From the human T2T-CHM13v2.0 reference genome, Homo sapiens, in the NCBI RefSeq assembly GCF_009914755.1, contig NC_060925.1: a DNA stretch of 64,000 nt. One strand, given 5' to 3'. Position numbers and translations under genes: made by a program. Within the stretch, counting starts at the first letter, position 1; the number at the start of each line of letters is the position of its first letter. Of this stretch, positions 11,301 to 26,300 are shown piece by piece. The notes beneath the pieces were generated by a model. That model had not been told where the DNA came from, did no database searches, and saw only the letters and a list, made by a program, of their open reading frames with translations.

Positions 11301-14300
11301 AGATATTTCCTTTTCTACTATTGACCTCAAAGCGGCTGAAATCTCCACTTGCAAATTCCACAAAAAGAGTGTTTCAAGTCTGCTCTGTGTAAAGGATCGT
11401 TCAACTCTGTGAGTTGAATACACACAACACAAGGAAGTTACTGAGAATTCTTCTGTCTAGCAGAATATGAAGAAACCCCGTTTCCTACGAAGGCCTCAAG
11501 GAGGTCTGAATATCCACTTGCAGACTTTACAAACAGAGTGTTTCTTAACTGCTCTATGAAAAGAAAGGTTAAACTCTGTGAGTTGGACGCACACATCACA
11601 AAGGAGTTTATGAGAATCATTCTGTCTAGTTTCTATAAGAAGATATTTCCTATTCTACCATTGACCTCAAAGCGGCTGAAATCTCCACTTGCAAATTCGA
11701 CAAAAAGAGTGTTTCAAGCCTGCTCTCTGTAAAGGATCCTTCAACTCTGTGAGTTGAATACACACAACACAAGGAAGTTACTGAGAATTCTTCTGTCTAG
11801 CAGAATGTGAAGAAATCCCGTTTCCAACGAAGGCCTCAAAGAGGTCTGCATATCCACTTGCAGACTTTACAAACAGAGTGTTTCCTAACTGCTCTATGAG
11901 AAGAAAAGTTAAACTCTGTGAGTTGAACGCACACATCACAAAAGATTTTCTGAGAATCATTCTGTCTAGTCTTTATATGAAGATAGTTTCCTTTTGTACC
12001 ATTGACCTCAAAGCGGCTGAAATCTCCACTTGCAAATTCCACAAAAAGAGTGTTTCAAGTCTGCTCTGTGTAAAGGATCGTTCAACTCTGTGAGTTGAAT
12101 ACACACAACACAATGAAGTTACTGAGAATTCTTCTGTCTAGCAGAATATGAAGAAATCCCGTTTCCAACGAAGGCCACAAGATGTCAGAATATCCACTTG
12201 CAGACTTTACAAACAGAGTGTTTCCTAACTGCTCTATGAACAGAAAGGTTAAACTCTGTGAGTTGAACGAACACATCACAAGGCAGTTTGTGGGAATGAT
12301 TCTGTCTAGTTTTGAAACGAAGATATTTCCTTTTCTGCCGTTGACCTTAAAGAGCTTGAAAACTACACTTGCAAATTGCACAAATAGAGTGTTTCAAATC
12401 TGCTCTGTCTAAGGGAACGTTCAACTCTGTGAGTTGAATGCACACAACACAAGGAAGTTACTGGGAATTCTTCTGTCTAGCCTTACATGAAAAAAACCCG
12501 TTTCCAACGAAGGCCTCTAAGTGGTCAAAATATCCACGTGCAGACTTTACAAACAGAGTGTTTCCAAACCGCTGAATGAAAAGAAAAGTTAAACTCTGAG
12601 AGTTGAACGCACACATCACGCAGCAGTTTCTGAGAATGATTCTGTCTAGTTTTTATACGAAGATATTTCCTTTTCTGCCTTTGGCCCCAAAGCGCTTGAA
12701 ATCTCCACTTGCAAATTCCACAAAAACAGTGTTTCAAATCTGCTCTCTCTAAATGAAAGTTCAACTCTGTCAGTTGAATACACACAACACAAGGAAGTTA
12801 CTGAGAATTCTTCTGTCTAGCATAATATGAAGAAATCCCGTTTCCAACGAAGGCCTCAAAGGGGTCTGAATATCCACTTGCAGACTTTATAAACAGAGTG
12901 TTTACTAACTGCTCTATGAAAAGAAAGGTTAAACTCTGTGAGTTGAACACACACATCACAAAGGAGTTTCTGAGAATCATTCTGTCTAGTTTTTCTACGA
13001 AGATATTTCCTTTTCTACTATTGACCTCAAAGCGGCTGAAATCTCCACTTGCAAATTCCACAAAAAGAGTGTTTCAAGTCTGCTCTGTGTAAAGGATCGT
13101 TCAACTCTGTGAGTTGAATACACACAACACAAGGAAGTTACTGAGAATTCTTCTGTCTAGCAGAATAGGAAGAAATCCCGTTTCCAACGAAGGCCTCAAA
13201 GAGGTCTGAATATCCACTTGCAGACTTTACAAACAGTGTTTCCTAACTGCTCTATGAAAAGAAAAGTTAAACTCTGTGGGTTGAACGCACACATCACAAA
13301 GGAGTTTCTGAGAATCGTTCTGTCTAGTTTCTATAGGAAGATATTTCCTATTCTACCATTGACCTCAAAGCGGCTGAAATCTCCACTTGCAAATTCCACA
13401 AAAAGAATGTTTCAAGTCTGCTCTGTGTAAAGGATCGTTCAACTCTGTGAGTTGAATACACACAACACAAGGAAGTTACTGAGAATTATTCTGTCTAGCA
13501 TAATATGAAGAAATCCCGTTTCCAACGAAGGCCTCAAGGAGGTCTGAATATCCACTTGCAGACTTTACAAACAGAGTGTTTCCTAACTGCTCTATGAAAA
13601 GAAAAGTTAAACTCTGTGAGTTGAACGCACACATCACAAAGGAGTTTATGAGAATCATTCTGTCTAGTCTTTATACGAAGATATTTCCTTTTCTACCATT
13701 GACCTCAAAGCGGCTGAAATCTCCACTTGCAAATTCCACAAAAAGAGTGTTTCAAGTCTGCTCTGTGTAAAGGATCGTTCAACTCTGTGAGTAGAATACA
13801 CACAACACAAGGAAGTTACTGAGAATTCTTCTGTCTAGCAGAATATGAAGAAATCCCGTTTCCAACGAAGGCCTCAAGGAGGTCTGAATATCCACTTGCA
13901 GACTTTACAAACAGAGTGTTTCCTAACTGCTCTATGAACAGAAAGGTTAAACTCTGTGAGTTGAACGCACACATCACAAAGGAGTTTCTGAGAATCATTC
14001 TGTCTAGTCTTTATACGAAGATATTTACTTTTCTACCATTGACTTCAAAGCGGCTGAAATCTCCACTTGCAAATTCCACAAAAAGAGTGTTTCAAGTCTG
14101 CTCTGTGTAAAGGATCATTCAACTCTGTGAGTTGAATAAACACAACACAAGGAAGTTACTGAGAATTCTTCTGTCTAGCAGAATATGAAGAAATCCCGTT
14201 TCCAACGAAGGCCACAAGATGTCAGAATATCCACTTGCAGACTTTACAAACAGAGTGTTTCCTAACTGCTCTATGAACAGAAAGGTTAAACTCTGTGAGT

Positions 14301-17300
14301 TGAACGAACACATCACAACGCAGTTTGTGGGAATGATTCTGTCTAGTTTTGAAACGAAGATATTTCCTTTTCTGCCGTTGACCTTAAAGCGCTTGAAATC
14401 TACACTTGCAAATTGCACAAATAGAGTGTTTCAAATCTGCTCTGTCTAAGGGAACGTTCAACTCTGTGAGTTGAATGCACACAACACAAGGAAGTTACTG
14501 GGAATTCTTCTGTCTAGCCTTACATTAAAAAAACCCGTTTCCAACGAAGGCCTCTAAGTGGTCAAAATATCCACGTGCAGACTTTACAAACAGAGTGTTT
14601 CCAAACCGCTGAATGAAAAGAAAAGTTAAACTCTGAGAGTTGAACGCACACATCACGCAGCAGTTTCTGAGAATGATTCTGTCTAGTTTTTATACGAAGA
14701 TATTTCCTTTTCTGCCTTTGGCCCCAAAGCGCTTGAAATCTCCACTTGCAAATTCCACAAAAACAGTGTTTCAAATCTGCTCTCTCTAAATGAAAGTTCA
14801 ACTCTGTCAGTTGAATACACACAACACAAGGAAGTTACTGAGAATTCTTCTGTCTAGCATAATATGAAGAAATCCCGTTTCCAACGAAGGCCTCAAAGGG
14901 GTCTGAATATCCACTTGCAGACTTTATAAACAGAGTGTTTACTAACTGCTCTATGAAAAGAAAGGTTAAACTCTGTGAGTTGAACACACACATCACAAAG
15001 GAGTTTCTGAGAATCATTCTGTCTAGTTTTTCTACGAAGATATTTCCTTTTCTACTATTGACCTCAAAGCGGCTGAAATCTCCACTTGCAAATTCCACAA
15101 AAAGAGTGTTTCAAGTCTGCTCTGTGTAAAGGATCGTTCAACTCTGTGAGTTGAATACACACAACACAAGGAAGTTACTGAGAATTCTTCTGTCTAGCAG
15201 AATAGGAAGAAATCCCGTTTCCAACGAAGGCCTCAAAGAGGTCTGAATATCCACTTGCAGACTTTACAAACAGAGTGTTTCCTAACTGCTCTATGAAAAG
15301 AAAGGTTAAACTCTGTGAGTTGAACGCACACATCACAAAGGAGTTTCTGAGAATCGTTCTGTCTAGTTTCTATAGGAAGATATTTCCTATTCTACCATTG
15401 ACCTCAAAGCGGCTGAAATCTCCAGTTGCAAATTCCACAAAAAGAATGTTTCAAGTCTGCTCTGTGTAAAGGATCGTTCAACTCTGTGAGTTGAATACAC
15501 ACAACACAAGGAAGTTACTGAGAATTCTTCTGTCTAGCAGAATATGAAGAAATCCCGTTTCCAACGAAGGCCTCAAAGAGGTCTGAATATCCACTTGCAG
15601 ACTTTACAAACAGAGTGTTTCCTAACTGCTCTATGAAAAGAAAAGTTAAACTCTGTGAGTTGAACGCACACATCACAAAGGAGTTTCTGAGAATCATTCT
15701 GTCTAGTCTTTATACGAAGATATTTCCTTTTCTACCATTGACCTCAAAGCGGCTGAAATCTCCACTTGCAAATTCCACAAAAAGAGTGTTTCAAGTCTGC
15801 TCTGTGTAAAGGATCGTACAACTCTGTGAGTTGAATACACACAACACAAGGAAGTTACTGAGAATTCTTCTGTCTAGCAGAATATGAAGAAATCCCGTTT
15901 CCAACGAAGGCCTCAAGGAGGTCTGAATATCCACTTGCAGACTGTATAAACAGAGTGTTTCCTAACTGCTCTATGAACAGAAAGGTTAAACTCTGTGAGT
16001 TGAACGAACACATCACAACGCAGTTTGTGGGAATGATTCTGTCTAGTTTTCAAACGAAGAAATTTCCTTTTCTGCCATTGACCTTAAAGCGCTTGAAATC
16101 TACACTTGCAAATTGCACAAATAGAGTGTTTCAAATCTGCTCTGTCTAAGGGAACGTTCAACTCTGTGAGTTGAATGCACACAACACAAGGAAGTTACTG
16201 GGAATTCTTCTGTCTAGCCTTACATGAAGAAAACCCGTTTCCAACGAAGGCCTCTAAGAGGTCAAAATATCCACGTGCAGACTTTACAAAGAGAGTGTTT
16301 CCAAACCGCTGAATGAAAAGAAAAGTTAAACTCTGAGAGTTGAACGCAGACATCACGCAGCAGTTTCTGAGAATGATTCTGTCTAGTTTTTATACGAAGA
16401 TATTTCCTTTTCTGCCTTTGGCCCCAAAGCGCTTGAAATCTCCACTTGCAAATTCCACAAAAACAGTGTTTCAAATCTGCTCTCTCTAAATGAAAGTTCA
16501 ACTCTGTCAGTTGAATACACACAACACAAGGAAGTTACTGAGAATTCTTCTGTCTAGCATAATATGAAGAAATCCCGTTTCCAACGAAGGCCTCAAAGGG
16601 GTCTGAATATCCACTTGCAGACTTTATAAACAGAGTGTTTACTAACTGCTCTATGAAAAGAAAGGTTAAACTCTGTGAGTTGAACACACACATCACAAAG
16701 GAGTTTCTGAGAATCATTCTGTCTAGTTTTTCTACGAAGATATTTCCTTTTCTACTATTGACCTCAAAGCGGCTGAAATCTCCACTTGCAAATTCCACAA
16801 AAAGAGTGTTTCAAGTCTGCTCTGTGTAAAGGATCGTTCAACTCTGTGAGTTGAATACACACAACACAAGGAAGTTACTGAGAATTCTTCTGTCTAGCAG
16901 AATATGAAGAAATCCCGTTTCCAACGAAGGCCTCAAGGAGGTCTGAATATCCACTTGCAGACTTTACAAACAGAGTGTTTCCTAACTGCTCTATGAACAG
17001 AAAGGTTAAACTCTGTGAGTTGAACGCACACATCACAAAGGAGTTTCTGAGAATCATTCTGTCTAGTCTTTATACGAAGATATTTACTTTTCTACCATTG
17101 ACCTCAATGCGGCTGAAATCTCCACTTGCAAATTCCACAAAAAGAGTGTTTCAAGTCTGCTCTGTGTAAAGGATCCTTCAACTCTGTGAGTTGAATACAC
17201 ACAACACAAGGAAGTTACTGAGAATTCTTCTGTCTAGCAGAATATGAAGAAATCCCGTTTCCAACGAAGGCCTCAAAGAGGTCTGAATATCCACTTGCAG

Positions 17301-20300
17301 ACTTTACAAACAGAGTGTTTCCTAACTGCTCTATGAGAAGAAAAGTTAAACTCTGTGAGTTGAACGCACACATCACAAAAGATTTTCTGAGAATCATTCT
17401 GTCTAGTCTTTATATGAAGATAGTTTCCTTTTCTACCATTGACCTCAAAGCGGCTGAAATCTCCACTTGCAAATTCCACAAAAAGAGTGTTTCAAGTCTG
17501 CTCTGTGTAAAGGATCGTTCAACTCTGTGAGTTGAATACACACAACACAAGGAAGTTACTGAGAATTCTTCTGTCTAGCAGAATATGAAGAAATCCCGTT
17601 TCCAACGAAGGCCACAAGATGTCAGAATATCCACTTGCAGACTTTACAAACAGAGTGTTTCCTAACTGCTCTATGAACAGAAAGGTTAAACTCTGTGAGT
17701 TGAACGAACACATCACAACGCAGTTTGTGGGAATGATTCTGTCTAGTTTTGAAACGAAGATATTTCCTTTTCTGCCGTTGACCTTAAAGCGCTTGAAATC
17801 TACACTTGCAAATTGCACAAATAGAGTGTTTCAAATCTGCTCTGTCTAAGGGAACGTTCAACTCTTTGAGTTGAATGCACACAACACAAGGAAGTTACTG
17901 GGAATTCTTCTGTCTAGCCTTACATGAAAAAACCCGTTTCCAACGAAGGCCTCTAAGTGGTCAAAATATCCACGTGCAGACTTTACAAACAGAGTGTTTC
18001 CAAACCGCTGAATGAAAAGAAAAGTTAAACTCTGAGAGTTGAACGCACACATCACGCAGCAGTTTCTGAGAATGATTCTGTCTAGTTTTTATACGAAGAT
18101 ATTTCCTTTTCTGCCTTTGGCCCCAAAGCGCTTGAAATCTCCACTTGCAAATTCCACAAAAACAGTGTTTCAAATCTGCTCTCTCTAAATGAAAGTTCAA
18201 CTCTGTCAGTTGAATACACACAACACAAGGAAGTTACTGAGAATTCTTCTGTCTAGCATAATATGAAGAAATCCCGTTTCCAACGAAGGCCTCAAAGGGG
18301 TCTGAATATCCACTTGCAGACTTTATAAACAGAGTGTTTACTAACTGCTCTATGAAAAGAAAGGTTAAACTCTGTGAGTTGAACACACACATCACAAAGG
18401 AGTTTCTGAGAATCATTCTGTCTAGTTTTTCTACGAAGATATTTCCTTTTCTACTATTGACCTCAAAGCGGCTGAAATCTCCACTTGCAAATTCCACAAA
18501 AAGAGTGTTTCAAGTCTGCTCTGTGTAAAGGATCGTTCAACTCTGTGAGTTGAATACACACAACACAAGGAAGTTACTGAGAATTCTTCTGTCTAGCAGA
18601 ATATGAAGAAATCCCGTTTCCAACGAAGGCCTCAAGGAGGTCTGAATATCCACTTGCAGACTTTACAAACAGAGTGTTTCCTAACTGCTCTATGAAAAGA
18701 AAGGTTAAACTCTGTGAGTTGGACGCACACATCACAAAGGAGTTTATGAGAATCATTCTGTCTAGTTTCTATAAGAAGATATTTCCTATTCTACCATTGA
18801 CCTCAAAGCGGCTGAAATCTCCACTTGCAAATTCGACAAAAAGAGTGTTTCAAGCCTGCTCTCTGTAAAGGATCCTTCAACTCTGTGAGTTGAATACACA
18901 CAACACAAGGAAGTTACTGAGAATTCTTCTGTCTAGCAGAATATGAAGAAATCCCGTTTCCAACGAAGGCCTCAAAGAGGTCTGCATATCCACTTGCAGA
19001 CTTTACAAACAGAGTGTTTCCTAACTGCTCTATGAGAAGAAAAGTTAAACTCTGTGAGTTGAACGCACACATCACAAAAGAATTTCTGAGAATCATTCTG
19101 TCTAGTCTTTATATGAAGATAGTTTCCTTTTCTACCATTGACTTCAAAGCGGCTGAAATCTCCACTTGCAAATTCCACAAAAAGAGTGTTTCAAGTCTGC
19201 TCTGTGTAAAGGATCGTTCAACTCTGTGAGTTGAATACACACAACACAAGGAAGTTACTGAGAATTCTTCTGTCTAGCAGAATATGAAGAAATCCCGTTT
19301 CCAACGAAGGCCACAAGATGTCAGAATATCCACTTACAGACTTTACAAACAGAGTGTTTCCTAACTGCTCTATGAACAGAAAGGTTAAACTCTGTGAGTT
19401 GAACGAACACATCACAACGCAGTTTGTGGGAATGATTCTGTCTAGTTTTGAAACGAAGATATTTCCTTTTCTGCCGTTGACCTTAAAGCGCTTGAAATCT
19501 ACACTTGCAAATTGCACAAATAGAGTGTTTCAAATCTGCTCTGTCTAAGGGAACGTTCAACTCTGTGAGTTGAATGCACACAACACAAGGAAGTTACTGG
19601 GAATTCTTCTGTCTAGCCTTACATGAAAAAAACCCGTTTCCAACGAAGGCCTCTAAGTGGTCAAAATATCCACGTGCAGACTTTACAAACAGAGTGTTTC
19701 CAAAACGCTGAATGAAAAGAAAAGTTAAACTCTGAGAGTTGAACGCACACATCACGCAGCAGTTTCTGAGAATGATTCTGTCTAGTTTTTATACGAAGAT
19801 ATTTCCTTTTCTGCCTTTGGCCCCAAAGCGCTTGAAATCTCCACTTGCAAATTCCACAAAAACAGTGTTTCAAATCTGCTCTCTCTAAATGAAAGTTCAA
19901 CTCTGTCAGTTGAATACACACAACACAAGGAAGTTACTGAGAATTCTTCTGTCTAGCATAATATGAAGAAATCCCGTTTACAACGAAGGCCTCAAAGGGG
20001 TCTGAATATCCACTTGCAGACTTTATAAACAGAGTGTTTACTAACTGCTCTATGAAAAGAAAGGTTAAACTCTGTGAGTTGAACACACACATCACAAAGG
20101 AGTTTCTGAGAATCATTCTGTCTAGTTTTTCTACGAAGATATTTCCTTTTCTACTATTGACCTCAAAGCGGCTGAAATCTCCACTTGCAAATTCCACAAA
20201 AAGAGTGTTTCAAGTCTGCTCTGTGTAAAGGATCGTTCAACTCTGTGAGTTGAATACACACAACACAAGGAAGTTACTGAGAATTCTTCTGTCTAGCAGA

Positions 20301-23300
20301 ATATGAAGAAATCCCGTTTCCAACGAAGGCCTCAAAGAGGTCTGAATATCCACTTGCAGACTTTACAAACAGTGTTTCCTAACTGCTCTATGAAAAGAAA
20401 AGTTAAACTCTGTGGGTTGAACGCACACATCACAAAGGAGTTTCTGAGAATCGTTCTGTCTAGTTTCTATAGGAAGATATTTCCTATTCTACCATTGACC
20501 TCAAAGCGGCTGAAATCTCCACTTGCAAATTCCACAAAAAGAATGTTTCAAGTCTGCTCTGTGTAAAGGATCGTTCAACTCTGTGAGTTGAATACACACA
20601 ACACAAGGAAGTTACTGAGAATTCTTCTGTCTAGCATAATATGAAGAAATCCCGTTTCCAACGAAGGCCTCAAAGAGGTCTGAATATCCACTTGCAGACT
20701 TTACAAACAGAGTGTTTCCTAACTGCTCTATGAAAAGAAAAGTTAAACTCTGTGAGTTGAACGCACACATCACAAAGGAGTTTCTGAGAATCATTCTGTC
20801 TAGTCTTTATACGAAGATATTTCCTTTTCTACCATTGACCTCAAAGCGGCTGAAATCTCCACTTGCAAATTCCACAAAAAGAGTGTTTCAAGTCTGCTCT
20901 GTGTAAAGGATCGTTCAACTCTGTAAGTAGAATACACACAACACAAGGAAGTTACTGAGAATTCTTCTGTCTAGCAGAATATGAAGAAATCCCGTTTCCA
21001 ACGAAGGCCTCAAGGAGGTCTGAATATCCACTTGCAGACTTTACAAACAGAGTGTTTCCTAACTGCTCTATGAAAAGAAAGGTTAAACTCTGTGAGTTGA
21101 ACGCACACATCACAACGCAGTTTGTGGGAATGATTCTGTCTAGTTTTGAAACGAAGATATTTCCTTTTCTGCCGTTGACCTTAAAGAGCTTGAAAACTAC
21201 ACTTGCAAATTGCACAAATAGAGTGTTTCAAATCTGCTCTGTCTAAGGGAACGTTCAACTCTGTGAGTTGAATGCACACAACACAAGGAAGTTACTGGGA
21301 ATTCTTCTGTCTAGCCTTACATGAAAAAAACCCGTTTCCAACGAAGGCCTCTAAGTGGTCAAAATTTCCACGTGCAGACTTTACAAACAGAGTGTTTCCA
21401 AACCGCTGAATGAAAAGAAAAGTTAAACTCTGAGAGTTCAACGCACACATCACGCAGCAGTTTCTGAGAATGATTCTGTCTAGTTTTTATACGAAGATAT
21501 TTCCTTTTCTGCCTTTGGCCCCAAAGCGCTTGAAATCTCCACTTGCAAATTCCACAAAAACAGTGTTTCAAATCTGCTCTCTCTAAATGAAAGTTCAACT
21601 CTGTCAGTTGAATACACACAACACAAGGAAGTTACTGAGAATTCTTCTGTCTAGCATAATATGAAGAAATCCCGTTTCCAACGAAGGCCTCAAAGGGGTC
21701 TGAATATCCACTTGCAGACTTTATAAACAGAGTGTTTACTAACTGCTCTATGAAAAGAAAGGTTAAACTCTGTGAGTTGAACACACACATCACAAAGGAG
21801 TTTCTGAGAATCATTCTGTCTAGTTTTTCTACGAAGATATTTCCTTTTCTACTATTGACCTCAAAGCGGCTGAAATCTCCACTTGCAAATTCCACAAAAA
21901 GAGTGTTTCAAGTCTGCTCTGTGTAAAGGATCGTTCAACTCTGTGAGTTGAATACACACAACACAAGGAAGTTACTGAGAATTCTTCTGTCTAGCAGAAT
22001 AGGAAGAAATCCCGTTTCCAACGAAGGCCTCAAAGAGGTCTGAATATCCACTTGCAGACTTTACAAACAGAGTGTTTCCTAACTGCTCTATGAAAAGAAA
22101 GGTTAAACTCTGTGAGTTGAACGCACACATCACAAAGGAGTTTCTGAGAATCGTTCTGTCTAGTTTCTATAGGAAGATATTTCCTATTCTACCATTGACC
22201 TCAAAGCGGCTGAAATCTCCACTTGCAAATTCCACAAAAAGAATGTTTCAAGTCTGCTCTGTGTAAAGGATCGTTCAACTCTGTGAGTTGAATACACACA
22301 ACACAAGGAAGTTACTGAGAATTCTTCTGTCTAGCAGAATATGAAGAAATCCCGTTTCCAACGAAGGCCTCAAAGAGGTCTGAATATCCACTTGCAGACT
22401 TTACAAACAGAGTGTTTCCTAACTGCTCTATGAAAAGAAAAGTTAAACTCTGTGAGTTGAACGCACACATCACAAAGGAGTTTCTGAGAATCATTCTGTC
22501 TAGTCTTTATACGAAGATATTTCCTTTTCTACCATTGACCTCAAAGCGGCTGAAATCTCCACTTGCAAATTCCACAAAAAGAGTGTTTCAAGTCTGCTCT
22601 GTGTAAAGGATCGTTCAACTCTGTGAGTTGAATACACACAACACAAGGAAGTTACTGAGAATTCTTCTGTCTAGCAGAATATGAAGAAATCCCGTTTCCA
22701 ACGAAGGCCACAAGATGTCAGAATATCCACTTACAGACTTTACAAACAGAGTGTTTCCTAACTGCTCTATGAACAGAAAGGTTAAACTCTGTGAGTTGAA
22801 CGAACACATCACAACGCAGTTTGTGGGAATGATTCTGTCTAGTTTTGAAACGAAGATATTTCCTTTTCTGCCGTTGACCTTAAAGAGCTTGAAAACTACA
22901 CTTGCAAATTGCACAAATAGAGTGTTTCAAATCTGCTCTGTCTAAGGGAACGTTCAACTCTGTGAGTTGAATGCACACAACACAAGGAAGTTACTGGGAA
23001 TTCTTCTGTCTAGCCTTACATGAAAAAAACCCGTTTCCAACGAAGGCCTCTAAGTGGTCAAAATTTCCACGTGCAGACTTTACAAACAGAGTGTTTCCAA
23101 ACCGCTGAATGAAAAGAAAAGTTAAACTCTGAGAGTTGAACGCACACATCACGCAGCAGTTTCTGAGAATGATTCTGTCTAGTTTTTATACGAAGATATT
23201 TCCTTTTCTGCCTTTGGCCCCAAAGCGCTTGAAATCTCCACTTGCAAATTCCACAAAAACAGTGTTTCAAATCTGCTCTCTCTAAATGAAAGTTCAACTC

Positions 23301-26300
23301 TGTCAGTTGAATACACACAACACAAGGAAGTTACTGAGAATTCTTCTGTCTAGCATAATATGAAGAAATCCCGTTTCCAACGAAGGCCTCAAAGGGGTCT
23401 GAATATCCACTTGCAGACTTTATAAACAGAGTGTTTACTAACTGCTCTATGAAAAGAAAGGTTAAACTCTGTGAGTTGAACACACACATCACAAAGGAGT
23501 TTCTGAGAATCATTCTGTCTAGTTTTTCTACGAAGATATTTCCTTTTCTACTATTGACCTCAAAGCGGCTGAAATCTCCACTTGCAAATTCCACAAAAAG
23601 AGTGTTTCAAGTCTGCTCTGTGTAAAGGATCGTTCAACTCTGTGAGTTGAATACACACAACACAAGGAAGTTACTGAGAATTCTTCTGTCTAGCAGAATA
23701 TGAAGAAATCCCGTTTCCAACGAAGGCCTCAAAGAGGTCTGAATATCCACTTGCAGACTTTACAAACAGAGTGTTTCCTAACTGCTCTATGAAAAGAAAG
23801 GTTAAACTCTGTGAGTTGAACGCACACATCACAAAGGAGTTTCTGAGAATCGTTCTGTCTAGTTTCTATAGGAAGATATTTCCTATTCTACCATTGACCT
23901 CAAAGCGGCTGAAATCTCCACTTGCAAATTCCACAAAAAGAATGTTTCAAGTCTGCTCTGTGTAAAGGATCCTTCAACTCTGTGAGTTGAATACACACAA
24001 CACAAGGAAGTTACTGAGAATTCTTCTGTCTAGCATAATATGAAGAAATCCCGTTTCCAACGAAGGCCTCAAAGAGGTCTGAATATCCACTTGCAGACTT
24101 TACAAACAGAGTGTTTCCTAACTGCTCTATGAAAAGAAAAGTTAAACTCTTTGAGTTGAACGCACACATCACAAAGGAGTTTCTGAGAATCATTCTGTCT
24201 AGTCTTTATACGAAGATATTTCCTTTTCTACCATTGACCTCAAAGCGGCTGAAATCTCCACTTGCAAATTCCACAAAAAGAGTGTTTCAAGTCTGCTCTG
24301 TGTAAAGGATCGTTCAACTCTGTGAGTTGAATACACACAACACAAGGAAGTTACTGAGAATTCTTCTGTCTAGCAGAATATGAAGAAATCCCGTTTCCAA
24401 CGAAGGCCTCAAGGAGGTCTGAATATCCACTTGCAGACTTTACAAACAGAGTGTTTCCTAACTGCTCTATGAACAGAAAGGTTAAACTCTGTGAGTTGAA
24501 CGCACACATCACAAAGGAGTTTCTGAGAATCATTCTGTCTAGTCTTTATACGAAGATATTTACTTTTCTACCATTGACCTCAAAGCGGCTGAAATCTCCA
24601 CTTGCAAATTCCACAAAAAGAGTGTTTCAAGTCTGCTCTGTGTAAAGGATCATTCAACTCTGTGAGTTGAATAAACACAACACAAGGAAGTTACTGAGAA
24701 TTCTTCTGTCTAGCAGAATATGAAGAAATCCCGTTTCCAACGAAGGCCTCAAGGAGGTCTGAATATCCACTTGCAGACTTTACAAACAGAGTGTTTCCTA
24801 ACTGCTCTATGAAAAGAAAGGTTAAACTCTGTGAGTTCAACGCACACATCACAAAGGAGTTCATGAGAATCATTTTGTCTAGGTTCTATAAGAAGATATT
24901 TCCTATTCTACCATTGATCTCAAAGCGGCTGAAATCTCCACTTGCAAATTCGACAAAAAGAGTGTTTCAAGCCTGCTCTCTGTAAAGGATCCTTCAACTC
25001 TGTGAGTTGAATACACACAACACAAGGAAGTTACTGAGAATTCTTCTGTCTAGCATAATATGAAGAAATCCCGTTTCCAACGAAGGCCTCAAAGAGGTCT
25101 GAATATCCACTTGCACACTTTACAAACAGAGTGTTTCCTAACTGCTCTATGAGAAGAAAAGTTAAACTCTGTGAGTTGAACGCACACATCACAAAAGATT
25201 TTCTGAGAATCATTCTGTCTAGTCTTTATATGAAGATAGTTTCCTTTTCTACCATTGACCTCAAAGCGGCTGAAACCTCCACTTGCAAATTCCACAAAAA
25301 GAGTGTTTCAAGTCTGCTCTGTGTAAAGGATCGTTCAACTCTGTGAGTTGAATACACACAACACAAGGAAGTTACTGAGAATTCTTCTGTCTAGCAGAAT
25401 ATGAAGAAATCCCGTTTCCAACGAAGGCCTCAAGGAGGTCTGAATATCCACTTGCAGACTTTACAAACAGAGTGTTTACTAACTGCTCTATGAAAAGAAA
25501 GGTTAAACTCTGTGACTTGAACACACACATCACAAAGGAGTTTCTGAGAATCATTCTGTCTAGTTTTTCTACGAAGATATTTCCTTTTCTACTATTGACC
25601 TCAAAGCGGCTGAAATCTCCACTTGCAAATTCCACAAAAAGAGTGTTTCAAGTCTGCTCTGTGTAAAGGATCGTTCAACTCTGTGAGTTGAATACACACA
25701 ACACAAGGAAGTTACTGAGAATTCTTCTGTCTAGCAGAATAGGAAGAAATCCCGTTTCCAACGAAGGCCTCAAAGAGGTCTGAATATCCACTTGCAGACT
25801 TTACAAACAGTGTTTCCTAACTGCTCTATGAAAAGAAAAGTTAAACTCTGTGGGTTGAACGCACACATCACAAAGGAGTTTCTGAGAATCGTTCTGTCTA
25901 GTTTCTATAGGAAGATATTTCCTATTCTACCATTGACCTCAAAGCGGCTGAAATCTCCACTTGCAAATTCCACAAAAAGAATGTTTCAAGTCTGCTCTGT
26001 GTAAAGGATCGTTCAACTCTGTGAGTTGAATACACACAACACAAGGAAGTTACTGAGAATTCTTCTGTCTAGCAGAATATGAAGAAATCCCGTTTCCAAC
26101 GAAGGCCTCAAAGAGGTCTGAATATCCACTTGCAGACTTTACAAACAGAGTGTTTCCTAACTGCTCTATGAAAAGAAAAGTTAAACTCTGTGAGTTGAAC
26201 GCACACATCACAAAGGAGTTTCTGAGAATCATTCTGTCTAGTCTTTATACGAAGATATTTCCTTTTCTACCATTGACCTCAAAGCGGCTGAAATCTCCAC

